A DNA stretch of 63,964 nt, counting the filler, from Deltaproteobacteria bacterium (GTDB taxonomy: Bacteria; JACQOV01), in the NCBI GenBank assembly GCA_016202395.1. It is 5 parts of 5 records of this genome, joined end to end, with 100 filler letters (N's around TTAATTAATTAA, not from the genome) between each part and the next. Parts side by side here need not be neighbours in the genome. Positions count along the whole stretch, not along the records: positions 1 to 10,621 come from JACQOV010000107.1; positions 10,722 to 34,732 come from JACQOV010000008.1; 3 more parts are not named here. One strand, given 5' to 3'. Position 1 is the first letter of the stretch, and each line of letters starts with the position of its first letter. The position numbers and the translations under genes were made by a program. The notes under the pieces were generated by a model. The model ran no database searches. It saw only the letters and a program-made list of their open reading frames with translations, and was not told where the DNA came from. This document shows, one piece after another, positions 7,995 through 18,838 of this stretch.

Positions 7995-10149
7995 AAGGGG
8001 TGTGACGATCTAAGCGGTGGAATTCGCAGGCCCTGTTTCTTCCACTCTGCTTGGCCGCGTAAAGGGCTCGATCCGTCCGTTCTAGGAGCTCCGAGGGATT
8101 GGAAGCGTCTTGAGGAAAAGTGGCGCAACCGAGGCTCACCGTAACCTGGAAAGTAATAATCTCCCCTTGCCCCGGTTGAGAACCCGCATAGTGGAAGATC
8201 TCCTTTTCCACCCTCTTCCTTAATCTCTCAGCCAATTCAAAACAATTTCTTCGATCGGTCTTGGGGAGAAGGAGCACAAATTCCTCCCCTCCATATCGGG
8301 CCACAAAATCGACCTGGCGAAGTTGCTGCCGCAGAAGAGAGGCCATCTGACGAAGGAGCGCGTCCCCGGCGGGATGACCGTATTGGTCGTTCACCTTTTT
8401 GAAGAAATCCACATCCACCAAAATCAAAGAAAGAGGTTCCTGATATCGTTGCACTCGTCGAAACTCCTGTTCCAAGAGCTGTTTGAAATGCCGATGATTG
8501 TATAAACCGGTGAGACCATCGGTGATGGCCATCTCCTCCACCGTTTGATGGATCTTCGCGTTCTCCATCGCCATCGAGACCTGATGCCCCAACAGTTCAA
8601 AGAAATGGAGTTCGAAATCGGTAAAGGCCCCCGGTTTGGAGCTCATAAAAACTAACCCGCCGATCTTCTCTTTCTGCGATATCAAAGGGACAAGGAGCAA
8701 CGAGAAAACACCACCCAAAGGGAACTCTTTGGAAAGAACCAGACGCTGTTTTCGAATTTCTTTTAAATTTGGGACCCCAAACGGTCTATCATGCTCGGAG
8801 AGAATCTTCCAAACAATCCCCTCCTCCCTAGAGGAAAAGATTTTACCTTCTATTCCTTCTATTCCGTAGGCGCCCCTTACGGCATAAGTCTCTCCTTGAC
8901 GGAGGGCTACCAAACCAAAATCGTAATCGATGAGGCTCCGGGCCGCCTCCAGAGAGGCCTTGCAGATCTCCTCCATCTTGAGAGTGGACCCCAGAATTCG
9001 ACTCACCTCATTCAACGCCGCGAGCTGTTCGGAGTCGGTTTTAAACTGATGCCGAATTTTAGAATACTCCAGGGCATCGACAATTCTTTCGGCCTCGATC
9101 TCTAAAAGGATCCGATCCCCCTCTGAAAATTTCCGCGTCTCCCTGGCATCGACGCACAGAACCCCCTCGGGAACGCCATGATTCAAAATCGGCGCCGCCA
9201 AAAAGGAATGGATCCCCACGTCCCGCTTGTAGTGGGGCAATCGCTCCAAAGGACGATCCGATTCCGAAAGACAGATGGGACGTTGATGACGAAAAACCCA
9301 ACCGATGAGATTCCCCTCGATAGGCACCTCCCCTTTCACCCCAATATCTTCGCTATCGGAAAACAACTCTCGCAAATAGAGTTTCCGACTCGAGGGGTCG
9401 ATGGAATAAAAAGCAACGGAATAGACTTGAAGCCGCTGCTTCAAGTTTTCCATAATCCGAGAGATCCTTGCTTCGAGATCGTAGAGGGCCCCCACGAGAT
9501 GTTTTTTCCTCTCCTCCTTGGAAAGCCGTTGCAAAGGAGAGATCAACGAGGTCAGAAAAGGGTTGCGAAGAACTTTGCCTTGCTGATCCAACTCTGCCAT
9601 CTCTCTCGTTGCTTTTCGACTTCCCTCCCGTTCCCAATGGATGGCCCATCCGATCGATAAGATAAACAAGAGCAAACCGACCCCCTCGAAACTGGTGGAG
9701 CGGGGAACATTCCAATCTCCCTGTGCAAACCATCCCGGGAGAAGTTCAGCGCTCCAGATGAGCCCTCCCCAAAATAACCCCCACGGGATCCCATGATAGG
9801 CTGAAAGGAACCCGACAAGCAGATAATTGAGGAGAAAAATCTCGGAATGATAAGCCGCAAAGAGATGCAAAGGGATATTCAAGATAAGGACCAAAATACC
9901 TGCCAATGTCCAAGGGATCTCTCGCTCTCTTTTCGCAACGATCGAATAAATCTTTGAGGCAAGGGCCATCCAAAGGAGCAAAAGGATAAGGAAAACCATC
10001 CAACGATGGGAACGACCCGGCTCGAAAAAACCAAGATCTAAAAAAAGAAATCCCAGAACAAGGAGGATCTTATCCCAAAATCGGGAGAAGAGGGCAGTCC
10101 CTCGGATAACATTTTTAAGGTTCAGGGAAGACAAAAATAAGCTCGCCAT
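7963..10149 (-). CDS. Membrane diguanylate cyclase (TM, two GAF, GGDEF)
   Basis: N-terminal TMs, two GAF-like regions, DGLTGLYN, RQVD I-site, RYGGEEF. Confidence 0.92.
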   Translation of the reverse strand: MASLFLSSLNLKNVIRGTALFSRFWDKILLVLGFLFLDLGFFEPGRSHRWMVFLILLLLWMALASKIYSIVAKREREIPWTLAGILVLILNIPLHLFAAYHSEIFLLNYLLVGFLSAYHGIPWGLFWGGLIWSAELLPGWFAQGDWNVPRSTSFEGVGLLLFILSIGWAIHWEREGSRKATREMAELDQQGKVLRNPFLTSLISPLQRLSKEERKKHLVGALYDLEARISRIMENLKQRLQVYSVAFYSIDPSSRKLYLRELFSDSEDIGVKGEVPIEGNLIGWVFRHQRPICLSESDRPLERLPHYKRDVGIHSFLAAPILNHGVPEGVLCVDARETRKFSEGDRILLEIEAERIVDALEYSKIRHQFKTDSEQLAALNEVSRILGSTLKMEEICKASLEAARSLIDYDFGLVALRQGETYAVRGAYGIEGIEGKIFSSREEGIVWKILSEHDRPFGVPNLKEIRKQRLVLSKEFPLGGVFSLLLVPLISQKEKIGGLVFMSSKPGAFTDFELHFFELLGHQVSMAMENAKIHQTVEEMAITDGLTGLYNHRHFKQLLEQEFRRVQRYQEPLSLILVDVDFFKKVNDQYGHPAGDALLRQMASLLRQQLRQVDFVARYGGEEFVLLLPKTDRRNCFELAERLRKRVEKEIFHYAGSQPGQGEIITFQVTVSLGCATFPQDASNPSELLERTDRALYAAKQSGRNRACEFHRLDRHTPFSESGLSVKA

Positions 10150-10411
10150 CCTTAACCATGCCTAACTCTTCCCGGGCCACTTTTTCGATGAACCGCTCAC
10201 TCTTACGGAGTAGATCGACCTCCGCAGTTAACTCACGATTGGCGACTCGGATCTGTTGATTTCGTTCCTCGATATGGCGCAGATGGCGTTTTAAAATAAA
10301 GAGATCTCGCATCCCACGCTCCCCCCATGTGGCATATCCCAAACCGGCAAGGGTGAAAATAGCGACAAAGATCCAAAAAAGGCGCGAGCTCCAATTTCCT
10401 CTTCTGACCAT
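10115..10411 (-). CDS. ftsB: Septum formation initiator FtsB/DivIC
   Basis: Single TM, coiled coil, IEKVAREELGMVKDGE signature. Confidence 0.88.
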   Translation of the reverse strand: MVRRGNWSSRLFWIFVAIFTLAGLGYATWGERGMRDLFILKRHLRHIEERNQQIRVANRELTAEVDLLRKSERFIEKVAREELGMVKDGELIFVFPEP

Positions 10412-10427
10412 CTTTTATTTGGAGGGT

Positions 10428-10436
10428 ATTATACCA
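10428..10436 (-). promoter_or_regulatory. Putative extended -10 promoter for ftsB
   Basis: TGGTATAAT (TGn-TATAAT) just upstream of the start codon. Confidence 0.4.
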
Positions 10437-10450
10437 CAAATGTAGATTCC

Positions 10451-10621
10451 CTGGAATGTTTTTCTCGTTTCACTCACGAGATTTTTGACCCTCTTAAGGG
10501 AGGTAGGTCTCTGAACTCGCTAGCATTTCTCGCCTAGCCACTGCCACCGCCTTCGGCGGGGTCCCGCTAAGGCGGGATAGGCTTCGCAAAGCAGCTACGT
10601 CCCCCGATTTCATCCTAGGAG
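10451..10621 (+). mobile_element. Nested MITE/REP-like element, family A, copy 2 (truncated at contig end)
   Basis: Same outer and core modules as other copies, plus an extra ccgccttcggcggggtcccgctaaggcggga hairpin insert. Confidence 0.8.
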
Positions 10622-10721
10622 NNNNNNNNNNNNNNNNNNNNNNNNNNNNNNNNNNNNNNNNNNNNTTAATTAATTAANNNNNNNNNNNNNNNNNNNNNNN
10701 NNNNNNNNNNNNNNNNNNNNN
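10622..10721. other. Artificial contig spacer
   Basis: N-run, TTAATTAATTAA (stops in all six frames), N-run; 100 nt. Confidence 0.98.
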
Positions 10722-10759
10722 GGACGAGCGACGCTGTCGCAGCCCAAAAGCGGCCAGCT

Positions 10760-10858
10760 AGGCCCATCTTTGGCTCGCTGCTGTGTTGCTCCTCCTTGAC
10801 GTATCTCTGTCGATACGCCTACGTCGTCGCGCCTTGCAGCGAGCTCAAATCTGGGCCT
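10760..10858. repeat. Inverted-repeat element with family B core
   Basis: aggcccatctttggctcgctgc / gcagcgagctcaaatctgggcct flank minus-strand aggcgtatc-gacaga-gatacgtcaagga. Confidence 0.65.
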
Positions 10859-10909
10859 CCAAAGTGTCATATATTTTCCGTTCCAAGTAGTAAGTACTGA
10901 TAGGGATCC

Positions 10910-10937
10910 TTGACATCCGATTGAGGTTTGTTATGCT
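10910..10937 (+). promoter_or_regulatory. Putative sigma70 promoter of the thiolase-fadN operon
   Basis: TTGACA-N16-TATGCT with TG extension, 34 nt before ATG. Confidence 0.55.
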
Positions 10938-10971
10938 GCGGAGCGTTATAAACTGAGAGGAGGGATTTTTT

Positions 10972-12129
10972 ATGAAAGAAGCGGTGATTGTCAGCGCAGT
11001 CCGTACCCCCGTTGGCCGAGCCGGCAAAGGTTCCTTGGTGAATGCCCGAATCGATGATCTGGGAGCCATTGCGCTTAAAGAGGCCCTAAAGCGGGTTCCC
11101 AAACTCGATCCTAAAGAGATTGAAGATGTAATCTTTGGCTGTGCCTTTCCTGAAGGGGAGCAAGGGATGAACGTGGCACGATTGGTGAGTCTTCTGGCCG
11201 GGGTTCCCAAATCCGCGGCGGGAGCTACCGTTAATCGTTTCTGCGCCTCAGGGGCCGAATCGATCTCCATGGCCACAAAATCGGTATGGACCAACACTGG
11301 CGATGTTTTTATTGCCGGCGGGGTAGAATCGATGAGCCATGTCCCAATGGGAGGCTACAACCCTAGTTTTAATGAAAAGTTTTTTACCGAGGGTTTTCCT
11401 CAAGCCTACATCCCGATGGGGATCACCGCAGAAAACGTTGCCGAAAAATACAAAATCTCCCGCGAAGATCAAGATAAATTTGCGCTGCGAAGCCATCAGA
11501 AAGCGGTTGCGGCCCAAAAAGAAGGGAAATTCAAGAACGAGATCGTTCCTGTCGAAGTTTCTGAAGTCAACGGGGGGAGAAAGATCGTAGATAAAGATGA
11601 CGGCCCTCGCGCGGACACCAATTTAGAGGCTCTCGCCAAACTCAAGCCAGTCTTCAAAGACGGCGGAACTGTTACCGCCGGCAACTCGAGCCCTATTAAT
11701 GATGGAGCCGCAGTCTGTGTGGTGATGTCGGCGGATCGGGCGAAAAGTCTTGGGATTAAACCTCTAGTTAAAATTCGCGCTATGGCCGTGGCAGGGGTAG
11801 AACCCGAATACATGGGGATGGGGCCTGTCCCTGCCGTGAAGAAAGTTTTAGAAAGAGCCAATCTAAAATTGAGCGACATCGATGTCATTGAACTGAACGA
11901 AGCCTTCGCCTCCCAAGCCTTGGCCGTTGTTCGGGAGCTTGGGATCCATGAACAAAAACTCAACCCTCACGGCGGCGCGGTTGCGCTAGGCCATCCTCTG
12001 GGATGCAGTGGATCCCGGATCATGGCGACACTTATCAATGACCTCATCGATCTGGATGCGACTTTAGGGTTGGAAACCATGTGCATTGGCGGTGGTCAAG
12101 GTTTCGCAATGGTGGTTGAACGAATTTAA
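10972..12129 (+). CDS. fadA: Acetyl-CoA C-acyltransferase (thiolase)
   Basis: NRFCASG, ELNEAFA, GHPLG, MCIGGG motifs. Confidence 0.93.
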   Translation: MKEAVIVSAVRTPVGRAGKGSLVNARIDDLGAIALKEALKRVPKLDPKEIEDVIFGCAFPEGEQGMNVARLVSLLAGVPKSAAGATVNRFCASGAESISMATKSVWTNTGDVFIAGGVESMSHVPMGGYNPSFNEKFFTEGFPQAYIPMGITAENVAEKYKISREDQDKFALRSHQKAVAAQKEGKFKNEIVPVEVSEVNGGRKIVDKDDGPRADTNLEALAKLKPVFKDGGTVTAGNSSPINDGAAVCVVMSADRAKSLGIKPLVKIRAMAVAGVEPEYMGMGPVPAVKKVLERANLKLSDIDVIELNEAFASQALAVVRELGIHEQKLNPHGGAVALGHPLGCSGSRIMATLINDLIDLDATLGLETMCIGGGQGFAMVVERI

Positions 12130-12139
12130 GGAGTCCATC

Positions 12140-14526
12140 ATGGAAATTAAAAAAGTAGCGGTTTTGGGCGCAGGGGTCATGGGGAGTCAAATCGCATCTC
12201 ACTTGGCCAATGCGGGTATCCCCTCTTATCTACTCGACATCGTCCCTAAAGAACTCACCGAAGAAGAGAGGGCCGCGGGCCTCTCCCTCCAATCTCCTCA
12301 GGTTCGAAATCGATTGGCCCACAAAGGGCTTGAATTTGCCCTCAAACTCAAACCGGCCTCTCTCTTCGATAACGACGATATCAAGCTCATCACCCCTGGG
12401 AATTTTGAGGATCACAGCGCTTGGCTCAGCGAGGCCGATTGGATCATCGAGGTCGTGATTGAACGGCTCGACATCAAAAAGAAGGTCTTTGATTGGGTTG
12501 AGAAAAATAGGAGGCCGGGATCTATTTTGAGTTCTAATACTTCTGGGATTCCGCTAAAAGCCTTGGTGGAAGGTCGATCCAAAGATTTTCAGGAACATTT
12601 TCTCATTACCCACTTCTTTAATCCGGTCCGTTACATGAAGCTTCTCGAAATCGTCGAAGGGGCCCAAACCGACTCCACGATCTCGAAACAGATGGCTCAC
12701 TTTGCTGAAGAGAGGTTAGGGAAAGGGATCGTTTACGCCAAAGACACGCCAAACTTCATCGCCAATCGGATTGGCGTCTACGGCATGATGGCCACGATCC
12801 GCGCAGCCCTTGAACAGGGATACTCGATCGAGGAGATCGATAAGATTTTTGGCCCTCCTTTAGGAAGAGCCAAAAGCGCCGCTTTCCGAACGGCAGACAT
12901 CGCGGGAATCGACACCGTAGTTCACGTTTCCAAAAATCTCTATGAGGCGGTTCCCGAAGATGAAAGCCGAGAGATGTTTAAGGTCCCTCCGGTTCTTGAA
13001 AAGATGGTGGAGAAAAAATATCTCGGGGATAAAACCGGCCAAGGATTCTACAAAAAGATGAAGATCAACGGCAAAAAAGAGATTTACTCGCTCGATCTCA
13101 AAACGCTGGAGTACAAACCTCAAGAAAAGGTTCGGATCGACTCGCTGGGAGAGGCTAAAAACATTGACGATGTGCGAGAACGCGTCAAGTTTGTAACTTT
13201 TGCGCAGGATAAAGCGGGGAAGGTTGCTTGGAAGGTAACCGCGGATACACTGGCCTACACGGCCCGGCGTATCCCTGAGATTAGCGACGACATCGTGAAT
13301 GTCGATAACGGAATGAAGTGGGGTTACAACTGGGAATTAGGGCCGTTTGAATCCTGGGATGCCATCGGCGTTTCAGAATCGGTTAAACGGATGGAAGAAG
13401 AAGGGACCCCGATCCCGAATTGGGTTAAAGCTATCGCTGCGGAGGGGGAAATTTCTATCGTCGAAAAGAGGGACAAACCAGCTACTTCGATCTTAAAACG
13501 AAATCGTATCAGCCTCTCCCAGAGCGACCCGAGTTTATCATCCTTGCCAATCTCAAAGATCGTAAAAAAATGATTGCAAGCAACACGGGGGCCTCCCTGA
13601 TTGATTTGGGCGATGGTGTTGCCTGTTTGGAATTCCAAACCAAGATGAATGCGATTGATGATGACATCATCTCGATGATGTGGAAAGGGCTCGAAGAGGT
13701 GAAAAAGAATTTCGCGGGGCTTGTGATTGGAAATGAAGCGGGGAATTTTTCCGTGGGGGCCAACCTGATGCTCCTCCTCATGGTTTCACGGCAACAAGAG
13801 TGGAAAGAGATCGAGCGGATCGTCCGAGAGTTTCAAAACGTAAATAGGGCGCTCCGCTATTCTCCAAAACCTGTCGTGTGCGCCCCTTTTGGGATGACGC
13901 TCGGGGGGGGCTGCGAAGTGGCGATGGGGGCGGATCGAATGAGAGTCCATGGGGAGCTCTACATGGGGCTGGTGGAGGTTGGAGCGGGGCTCATTCCAGG
14001 AGGAGGCGGAACTAAAGAACTCCTGATCCGCAATATGAAAAATTACACGCAGAAAGGCCCTTTTCCTTCGGTGCGCCAAACTTTTGAGACGATCGCTTTT
14101 GCCAAAGTATCGATGAGCGCTAAAGAGGCAAAAAAGATTGGCTACATGAATCCGCAAGATCGGATCAGCATGAATCGAGACCAACTCCTCTTTGATGCCA
14201 AACAAGATATTTTAGAGATGGCCAAAGACTATCAGCAACCCAAATCTTTAAACGATATCCAACTTCCAGGTCCGAGCGGCCGTTTAGTGTTGGAATCTGC
14301 CATTAAAGATCTTCAAATGACGGGAAAGATCTCTGAGCATGACGCTCTCATCGGAAAGAAACTTGCGTTTGTCCTCACAGGAGGAAACATCCTGCCGAGC
14401 CAAAAGGTTTCAGAACAGCGACTTCTCGACCTAGAGAGGGAGGCTTTCTTAAGCCTCTGCGGCGAAGAGAAAACACAGGCCCGCATGGAGCATCTCCTCA
14501 CCAAAGGCAAACCCCTGCGGAATTGA
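12140..14526 (+). pseudogene. fadN: 3-hydroxyacyl-CoA dehydrogenase/enoyl-CoA hydratase (FadN type), split by a one-base frameshift near 13444-13448
   Basis: ORF1 has GAGVMG, SNTS, HFFNPVRYM; ORF2 has the crotonase domain; the second frame is open from the G5 run, and one extra G restores a single protein. Could be a sequencing error. Confidence 0.8.
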
Positions 14527-14536
14527 TTTTCGACTC

Positions 14537-17500
14537 CTAAGGATCATAGTCCAGATTCGGGGAGAGCCAACGTTCCATCTCTGGAAGATTCATCCCTTTG
14601 CGGCGGGCGTAGTCTTCGACTTGATCGCGTTGAATTTTACCCACACCAAAGTATCGCGATTCGGGATGAGAAAAGTACCAGCCACTCACGGAGGCGGCAG
14701 GCCACATCGCATAATTTTCAGTCAGCGTAATTCCGGTGTTTTCCTTCACCTGTAGAAGTTTCCAAAGTAATCCCTTTTCTGTGTGATCAGGGCAGGCGGC
14801 ATAGCCAGGAGCTGGCCGAATTCCTTGGTATTTTTCTTCGATGAGATCAGGGTGAGTTAAACTCTCATCCGGCATATAAGCCCAAAACTCTTTTCGAACC
14901 CGTTCATGCATCCTTTCGGCAAGGGCTTCAGCGAGTCGATCAGCCAAGGCTTTGAGCAAAATCGCATTGTAATCATCGTGAGCCTTTTCAAACTCTGCGA
15001 GTCTCGATTCGATTCCGATCCCCGTTGTCACAGCGAACGCCCCGAGGTAATCGGCCAATCCGGTCTCTTTAGGAGCCACAAAATCGGCCAGGCACTCATT
15101 GGGACAACCCGGAGAGTTCTCCGTTTGGGTTCGGAGATGATGCAAAGTGATCCCTACCGATTTTCTATCCTCATCCGTATCAATCTCGATGTCATCCCCC
15201 ACAGAGTTGGCTGGGAAAAGCCCAATAACAGCGCGCGCCGTGAGCCATTTCTCGTTCACAATACGATCAAGCAACTCTTGAGCCTCTTCAAAAAGTTTTC
15301 GAGCGGTCTTCCCCACCTCGAGATCATCAAGAATTCGGGGATAGATCCCTTTGAGCTCCCAGACATGGAAAAACGGAGTCCAGTCGATGTATCTGCGAAT
15401 CTCCCCTAAAGGATAATGGTTGAAAACCTGGATGCCTCCTTGCTTTGGAACGGGAGGGATATACCCTTTCCATCCTATGGGGATTTTATTTCGACGGGCC
15501 TCAGTCAGTGAAACCCAGGGAGTGGCTACTCTTCTCCCTTTGTGGGTTTCGCGCAAGGATTGGTACTCGGCCTTAATCCGCGCCACGTAACCTTCTTGAA
15601 GCTCTGAACTCAAAAGATTTTGGACCACTCCCACCGCTCGCGAGGCATCCTTCACGTGAATCGTGGCATTTTTAGAATAGCCGGGTTCAATCTTGAGGGC
15701 CGTATGAACGCGCGAGGTTGTGGCCCCTCCAATCAGGAGCGGAAGCTGAAATCCTTCCCGTTGCATCTCTCTAGCCACGTGAACCATCTCATCCAGAGAG
15801 GGGGTAATCAAGCCGGAAAGACCGACCACATCGGCTTTCTCGTTACGCGCGACCTCCAAAATTTTTGCCGCGGGAACCATGACCCCAAGATCCACTACAT
15901 CAAAATTGTTGCATTGCAATACCACACCAACGATGTTCTTCCCAATATCATGGACATCCCCTTTGACGGTGGCCATAACAATCTTTCCTTTAGATCGATT
16001 CCGTCCCGCTTTCTCCTTTTCTAAAAAGGGGATGAGATGAGCGACCGATTTTTTCATCACGCGGGCCGATTTCACCACCTGGGGCAAAAACATTTTTCCC
16101 GATCCAAAAAGATCTCCAACGACATTCATCCCATCCATGAGAGGCCCTTCAATCACTTGCAGCGGGCGCTCCAATAACTTCCGAGCCTCCTCCGTGTCCT
16201 GCTCGATATACAGATCGATTCCTTGGACTAAAGCGTGTTTCAATCGTTCGGCCACAGGCCACTCTCTCCAGGCCAGATCGGCCTCTCGCAAAACCTTCAC
16301 CCCTTCCCCTGGGTACTTGTCCGCGATTCCCAGCAAACGCTCGGTCGCGTCCGAATGACGATTCAATACCACGTCCTCAATCTTCTCGCGCAGCTCCACC
16401 GGAATCTCTTCATAAACCGAAAGCGGGCCGGCGTTGACAATCCCCATGTCTAAGCCGGCTTGGATCGCATGATAAAGAAAAACGGTATTGATCCCCTCAC
16501 GAACCTGATTATTGCCACGGAAGGCAAAAGAAACATTGCTCACCCCACCCGAAACCAAAGCATGAGGGAGCGTTTTTTTGATGGCTCGCACGGCCTCGAT
16601 AAAATCGACGGCATAGTTGTTGTGTTCTTCAAGCCCAGTGCCGATCGCAAAGATATTCGGATCGAAAATAATATCCTCTGGCGGAAAACCCACTTTTTCT
16701 GTTAAGATTTTGTAACATCGGGCACAAATTTCAATCTTTCGTTTCAAGCTATCGGCCTGCCCTTTTTCGTCAAAGGCCATCACCACCACAGCAGCGCCAT
16801 ATTTTCGAACCCGCCGGGCTTGCTCGATGAACTTTTGTTCTCCTTCTTTCAAACTAATCGAGTTCACAATCCCTTTCCCTTGAATGCATTGAAGCCCGGC
16901 TTCAATGATGTTCCACTTCGAGGAATCGATCATGATCGGAACACGCGCAATGTCCGGTTCCGCAGCGATGAGATTTAGAAAAGTCGTCATAGCCCGTTCT
17001 CCGTCCAAAAGTCCTTCATCCATGTTTACGTCAATGATCTGCGCTCCACTAGCCACTTGCTGTCGAGCCACCTCCAGAGCCTCTTTATAATTCCCCTCGA
17101 GAATCAATTTTTTAAATCGCGCGGAACCGGTAACATTGGTTCTCTCCCCCACATTGACGAAGAGGGAATCCTCGCCAATGTTGAGAGGCTCCAATCCACT
17201 CAATCGACATCTGTTTTCGAGGGTAGGGATCCCTCGAGGAGGATACTTTGCCACAACCTGTGCAATGGCACGAATATGATCGGGGGTCGTTCCGCAACAA
17301 CCTCCTACCATATTTAGAAAACCATTTTGAGCCCAATCTTCGATCTCTTGAGCCATGGTCTGCGGCGATTCGTCATACTCTCCAAACTCGTTGGGGAGTC
17401 CCGCATTAGGATACACACATACCCAAGTATCGGCGATCTTAGAGATGTCCTCCAGATAGGGTCGAAGTTGCTTGGCTCCTAAAGCACAGTTGAAACCGAT

Positions 17501-18208
17501 TGCCAGAGGTCGAGCATGCCGAACGGAGTTCCAAAAAGCCTCATCTGTCTGACCCGACAAGGTGCGACCACTCGCATCGGTAATCGTCCCCGAAATCATA
17601 ATTGGGAGACGAAGAGAGTGTTTCTCAAAATAAGATTCGATGGCAAAGAGGGCCGCTTTGGCGTTGAGTGTATCGAAGATGGTTTCGACTAAAAGGAAAT
17701 CGACACCCCCATCGATCAACCCGCGAATGGCCTCCGTGTAGGCCCCAACCAGCTGTTCAAAGGTGGCGTTTCGGAAACCAGGATCGTTTACGTCCGGAGA
17801 GAGAGAGGCGGTTCGATTGGTGGGACCGATGGCTCCCGCAACAAATCGCGGCCTCTTCGGAGTTTTAGAGATGAAAGAATCGGCCGCCTCTCGCGCTAAC
17901 TTTGCCGCCGTTAAATTGAGTTCATAAACGAGAGATTCCAGCTTATAATCCGACTGCGACATGGCGTTGGAGTTAAAGGTGTTGGTTTCAATAATATCGG
18001 CTCCCGCCTCAAGGTATTGGCTATGAATCTCCCGAATGATCTGAGGTTGCGTTAAAACTAAGAGGTCATTATTCCCTCTTAAATCAGAAGGATGATCGGC
18101 AAATCGGCTTCCACGATAGTCCTCTTCCTTCAGGCGATAGCGCTGAATCATCGTCCCCATCGCCCCATCCAGGACAAGAATTCTCTGTTTGAGAACTGTT
18201 TCTATCAT
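14537..18208 (-). CDS. metH: Cobalamin-dependent methionine synthase
   Basis: DGAMGT, GGCCGT, GERTN, DVHDIG B12 motif, RPAPGY reactivation domain. Confidence 0.97.
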   Translation of the reverse strand: MIETVLKQRILVLDGAMGTMIQRYRLKEEDYRGSRFADHPSDLRGNNDLLVLTQPQIIREIHSQYLEAGADIIETNTFNSNAMSQSDYKLESLVYELNLTAAKLAREAADSFISKTPKRPRFVAGAIGPTNRTASLSPDVNDPGFRNATFEQLVGAYTEAIRGLIDGGVDFLLVETIFDTLNAKAALFAIESYFEKHSLRLPIMISGTITDASGRTLSGQTDEAFWNSVRHARPLAIGFNCALGAKQLRPYLEDISKIADTWVCVYPNAGLPNEFGEYDESPQTMAQEIEDWAQNGFLNMVGGCCGTTPDHIRAIAQVVAKYPPRGIPTLENRCRLSGLEPLNIGEDSLFVNVGERTNVTGSARFKKLILEGNYKEALEVARQQVASGAQIIDVNMDEGLLDGERAMTTFLNLIAAEPDIARVPIMIDSSKWNIIEAGLQCIQGKGIVNSISLKEGEQKFIEQARRVRKYGAAVVVMAFDEKGQADSLKRKIEICARCYKILTEKVGFPPEDIIFDPNIFAIGTGLEEHNNYAVDFIEAVRAIKKTLPHALVSGGVSNVSFAFRGNNQVREGINTVFLYHAIQAGLDMGIVNAGPLSVYEEIPVELREKIEDVVLNRHSDATERLLGIADKYPGEGVKVLREADLAWREWPVAERLKHALVQGIDLYIEQDTEEARKLLERPLQVIEGPLMDGMNVVGDLFGSGKMFLPQVVKSARVMKKSVAHLIPFLEKEKAGRNRSKGKIVMATVKGDVHDIGKNIVGVVLQCNNFDVVDLGVMVPAAKILEVARNEKADVVGLSGLITPSLDEMVHVAREMQREGFQLPLLIGGATTSRVHTALKIEPGYSKNATIHVKDASRAVGVVQNLLSSELQEGYVARIKAEYQSLRETHKGRRVATPWVSLTEARRNKIPIGWKGYIPPVPKQGGIQVFNHYPLGEIRRYIDWTPFFHVWELKGIYPRILDDLEVGKTARKLFEEAQELLDRIVNEKWLTARAVIGLFPANSVGDDIEIDTDEDRKSVGITLHHLRTQTENSPGCPNECLADFVAPKETGLADYLGAFAVTTGIGIESRLAEFEKAHDDYNAILLKALADRLAEALAERMHERVRKEFWAYMPDESLTHPDLIEEKYQGIRPAPGYAACPDHTEKGLLWKLLQVKENTGITLTENYAMWPAASVSGWYFSHPESRYFGVGKIQRDQVEDYARRKGMNLPEMERWLSPNLDYDP

Positions 18209-18251
18209 TCGTATTTTAAAGGAGAGTGAGTGTAGCAAAAATCGAGGAAAA

Positions 18252-18779
18252 TTACACCGTCGTTTTCTCGATCATGAGAAGCCTCTTTTTGCGGTGAAGA
18301 CCTGCAGAATAACCTCCAAGAGAACCATCGGAAGCGACCACTCGATGGCAAGGGATCACAATCGGGATGGGGTTTTTTCGCATGGCCTGACCCACGGCGC
18401 GCACAGCTTGGGGTTGACCGACTCTGGAAGCAAGTTCTCCATAGGAAATTTTTTGACCAAAACCTACTTCATGAGTAAGGGTTTGTAGCACTTTCTTTGA
18501 GAAGCCGCTCACCCCATAAAGATCGATAGGAACAGAAAATATTTTCCGTTTCCCTTGAAAATATTGATTGAGCTGTTTTGCGATTCTGAGGTCCTTTTTC
18601 ATCTGGGATCCCCTCACCCCTTCGACTCCGCTCAGGGCAGGCCTTCTCCCTCTCCCCTTTGGGGAGAGGGTTGGGGTGAGGGGGAGAAAATCGATGGCGC
18701 AAACCCCTTTGGAGGTTTTATAGACGAAAAGAGGTCCTAAAGGAGATTCCTGACGCCAATATGAAAACTTGCATGTCAT
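18252..18779 (-). CDS. ogt: Methylated-DNA-protein cysteine methyltransferase with in-frame REP-derived insert
   Basis: SPLG N-terminus, SYGELA, RAVG, IPCHRVV active site. Confidence 0.9.
   Translation of the reverse strand: MTCKFSYWRQESPLGPLFVYKTSKGVCAIDFLPLTPTLSPKGRGRRPALSGVEGVRGSQMKKDLRIAKQLNQYFQGKRKIFSVPIDLYGVSGFSKKVLQTLTHEVGFGQKISYGELASRVGQPQAVRAVGQAMRKNPIPIVIPCHRVVASDGSLGGYSAGLHRKKRLLMIEKTTV
18610..18684. repeat. Nested REP-like palindrome inside ogt
   Basis: cccctcacccc / ggggtgagggg outer IR; ccctctcccc-ttt-ggggagaggg inner hairpin; cttcgactccgctcagggcagg insert. Confidence 0.8.
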
Positions 18780-18828
18780 CCTGAGCAAAGCGAAGTATCC
18801 CGAGATTCTTCGCTACGCTCAGAATGAC
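18775..18828. repeat. REP-like palindrome overlapping the ogt start
   Basis: gtcatcctgagcaaagcgaag ... cttcgctacgctcagaatgac. Confidence 0.75.
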
Positions 18829-18838
18829 GATTTTTACG

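Noticed and set aside
10622-10721. TTAATTAATTAA repeated four times within N-runs
   Set aside because: Artificial contig linker; ORFs running into it are artefacts
13444-13452. GGGAAAT as a programmed -1 frameshift site
   Set aside because: The heptamer is not phased as X XXY YYZ in the upstream reading frame; a homopolymer indel is simpler
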